From Limnothrix sp. BL-A-16 (lineage in GTDB: Bacteria; Cyanobacteriota; Cyanobacteriia; CACIAM-69d): a stretch of 64,000 nucleotides of DNA. Both the position numbers and the translations under genes were made by a program. Shown one piece after another: positions 62,323 through 64,000 of the stretch. Position 1 is the first letter of the stretch; each line of letters opens with the position of its first letter. Location of the stretch: the NCBI GenBank assembly GCA_041937175.2, contig CP166615.1:2880001-2944000 (forward strand), in the 5' to 3' direction. The notes beneath the pieces were generated by a model, which searched no databases, was not told where the DNA came from, and saw only the letters and a list, made by a program, of their open reading frames with translations.

Positions 62323-62567
62323 GGAAAATGCCGAAAATTGCAGAAATTATCGTAGGAACGAGGGCGGTCAATTGGGAAATGAATGCTGCACTTACCCTAG
62401 CCGATCGAGGTGAACAGCCGGTTAAGCTCGACAGAATTCAAACTGCATCCAAACCCAATTCAGCCAAAAATCAAGCGCGATCGCCCTAAGGCCACCGCGC
62501 CGATCGAAAATGCAATTCAACAGGGATTGATCGACAGCTTTGCAGCCCGATCGCCCCCCATTGCTCG

Positions 62568-62867
62568 CTAGTTGCTGCCCGTGAACACCAAATCGGGAAA
62601 TTTGTCTTGGGCTTCGGCCAAAGGACGCTTGCGCCCTTCTTCTTGCCAGTAGTTGATAATTTCCGTGGCGCGGTTCAACAATTCCACTCGATCGGACTCC
62701 GAAATCCAATGCTTGGATTCCAGCTCCAACTTCAGTTGCTCCCACGCATCGTTCCGCGGCCAGAAGAAATAGGCCGTCAGCGGGCTGGTTCCTTTGCCCA
62801 CAACTTGATCCACCGCCAAAGCGACGTTTTCTTCAAGCCAGAGAACCTTTAAAATAAACTTCGACAA
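62568..62867 (-). CDS. ycf65: 30S ribosomal protein PSRP-3 (Ycf65)
   Basis: [28 protein letters not shown]. Confidence 0.92.
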   Translation of the reverse strand: MSKFILKVLWLEENVALAVDQVVGKGTSPLTAYFFWPRNDAWEQLKLELESKHWISESDRVELLNRATEIINYWQEEGRKRPLAEAQDKFPDLVFTGSN

Positions 62868-63157
62868 GCTGATGCCTCCAAGATCGACTGCTACGGGTAT
62901 TTGGCAAGGGTTCGGCCAGTCGGGATCTTCAGACGAAATTTACGCGACTCCAGCGGGTCTTCAATTCGTCCAGCGGGTCTTCAATTCGTCCAGGGCGATC
63001 GCAACTGACGACAGCACAGCAGTCTATCGTACCGCAAGGGGGCGGTTGACGATCGCCTTTCCGCAATTGGTGGCGATCGGGTGAGCGTGACAGGGCCCCA
63101 AGGTTGCCATGATATGGTTGCGGCTGTTGCAGCAGGATTGCAGATTACTTCCTTGCC

Positions 63158-63952
63158 ATGACTTCCAATTCCCTCCAGGCGATCGCGGTTTTTGACATTG
63201 ATGGCGTAATTCGGGATGTGGGTCAGTCCTACCGCCGCGCTTTGGCGGACACGGTGGAAGCCTTTACCGACGGTCAATTTCGCCCAACGATGGCGGATAT
63301 CGACGCGATTAAAGCCGAAGGATCTTGGAATAACGATTGGCTGGCCTCTCAGGAATTTGTCTATCGATTTTGGGAAAATCAGGGGCGATCGCGCGGGGAA
63401 TTGGCCCTGAACTATGACGAATTAGTTTTGTTTTTCCAACGGCGCTATCGCGGCCCCAACCCCGAAGATCCCAGCAGTTGGACGGGCTACATCTGCGATG
63501 AGCCGCTGCTGGTCGATCGCGCCTATTTTGAACAGCTCACCGCGTCCCAAATTGGCTGGGGATTTTTCAGCGGTGCAACACCGGCCTCGGCAAATTTCGT
63601 GTTAACCCAGCGAGTGGGGCTAAGCGATCCGCTGTTGGTGGCCATGAACGACGCGCCGGAAAAACCCGACCCCACGGGTTTGCAAAGGGTGGTCGATCGC
63701 CTGGAACCGGCCGGGTTGCAACTGCCGGTGATTTACGCAGGCGACACGGCGGCGGACATGCAAACGGTGCTGAATGCGCGTAAAATTGCCCCCGATCGCC
63801 GTTGGATTGCGGTGGGCATTTTGCCGCCCCATGCCTTGGTGGATGCGGCCACGCGCGATCGCTACACTGCCACCTTGAAGGCCAACGGCGCGGATTTCGT
63901 GCTGTCGTCGGTTACGGAGTTAACGGGCGATCGAATTCGGGCTTGGCATTAA
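63158..63952 (+). CDS. HAD-superfamily hydrolase (TIGR01548-like)
   Basis: FDIDGVIRDV, WNNDW, KPDP, YAGDTAADM. Confidence 0.88.
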   Translation: MTSNSLQAIAVFDIDGVIRDVGQSYRRALADTVEAFTDGQFRPTMADIDAIKAEGSWNNDWLASQEFVYRFWENQGRSRGELALNYDELVLFFQRRYRGPNPEDPSSWTGYICDEPLLVDRAYFEQLTASQIGWGFFSGATPASANFVLTQRVGLSDPLLVAMNDAPEKPDPTGLQRVVDRLEPAGLQLPVIYAGDTAADMQTVLNARKIAPDRRWIAVGILPPHALVDAATRDRYTATLKANGADFVLSSVTELTGDRIRAWH

Positions 63953-64000
63953 CTGCGGCGGCTTCGATCTTGAACGAGGCCTTGAACTAAGCATTTGGCC

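Noticed and set aside
1..64000. Very frequent GCGATCGC/CGATCG
   Set aside because: This is the well-known cyanobacterial HIP1 repeat; used only as a marker of native versus acquired DNA

Overview
Chromosomal window of a HIP1-rich (GCGATCGC), moderately GC-rich cyanobacterium. It is mostly core genes (natA, nblB, ndbB, devBCA with a TetR, folE, dprA, psbI, cobA, ctpC, glnA, apcF, pirA, aguA/aguB, psrp3) plus tRNA-Arg(CCT), tRNA-Ser(TGA) and tRNA-Cys(GCA). Accessory elements are an Rpn nuclease, a stand-alone MmeI-like restriction-modification gene, and a HEPN/MNT toxin-antitoxin cassette that splits aguA from aguB. The most notable signal is a probable split TetR regulon. The same 15-bp operator-like palindrome (ATGAG-N5-CTCAT) occurs twice in front of a TetR/MFS pair and twice around the promoter of a Coq4-like gene 4.5 kb away, and that gene sits between 64-bp direct repeats. 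The window also carries a REP-like palindrome family (CAAGGGGCTTAAGCCCCTTG). One copy lies inside a 130-bp MITE with TAA target duplication, and another is amplified as a 21-bp tandem array. All product calls come from motif and family recognition by eye; no searches were run.
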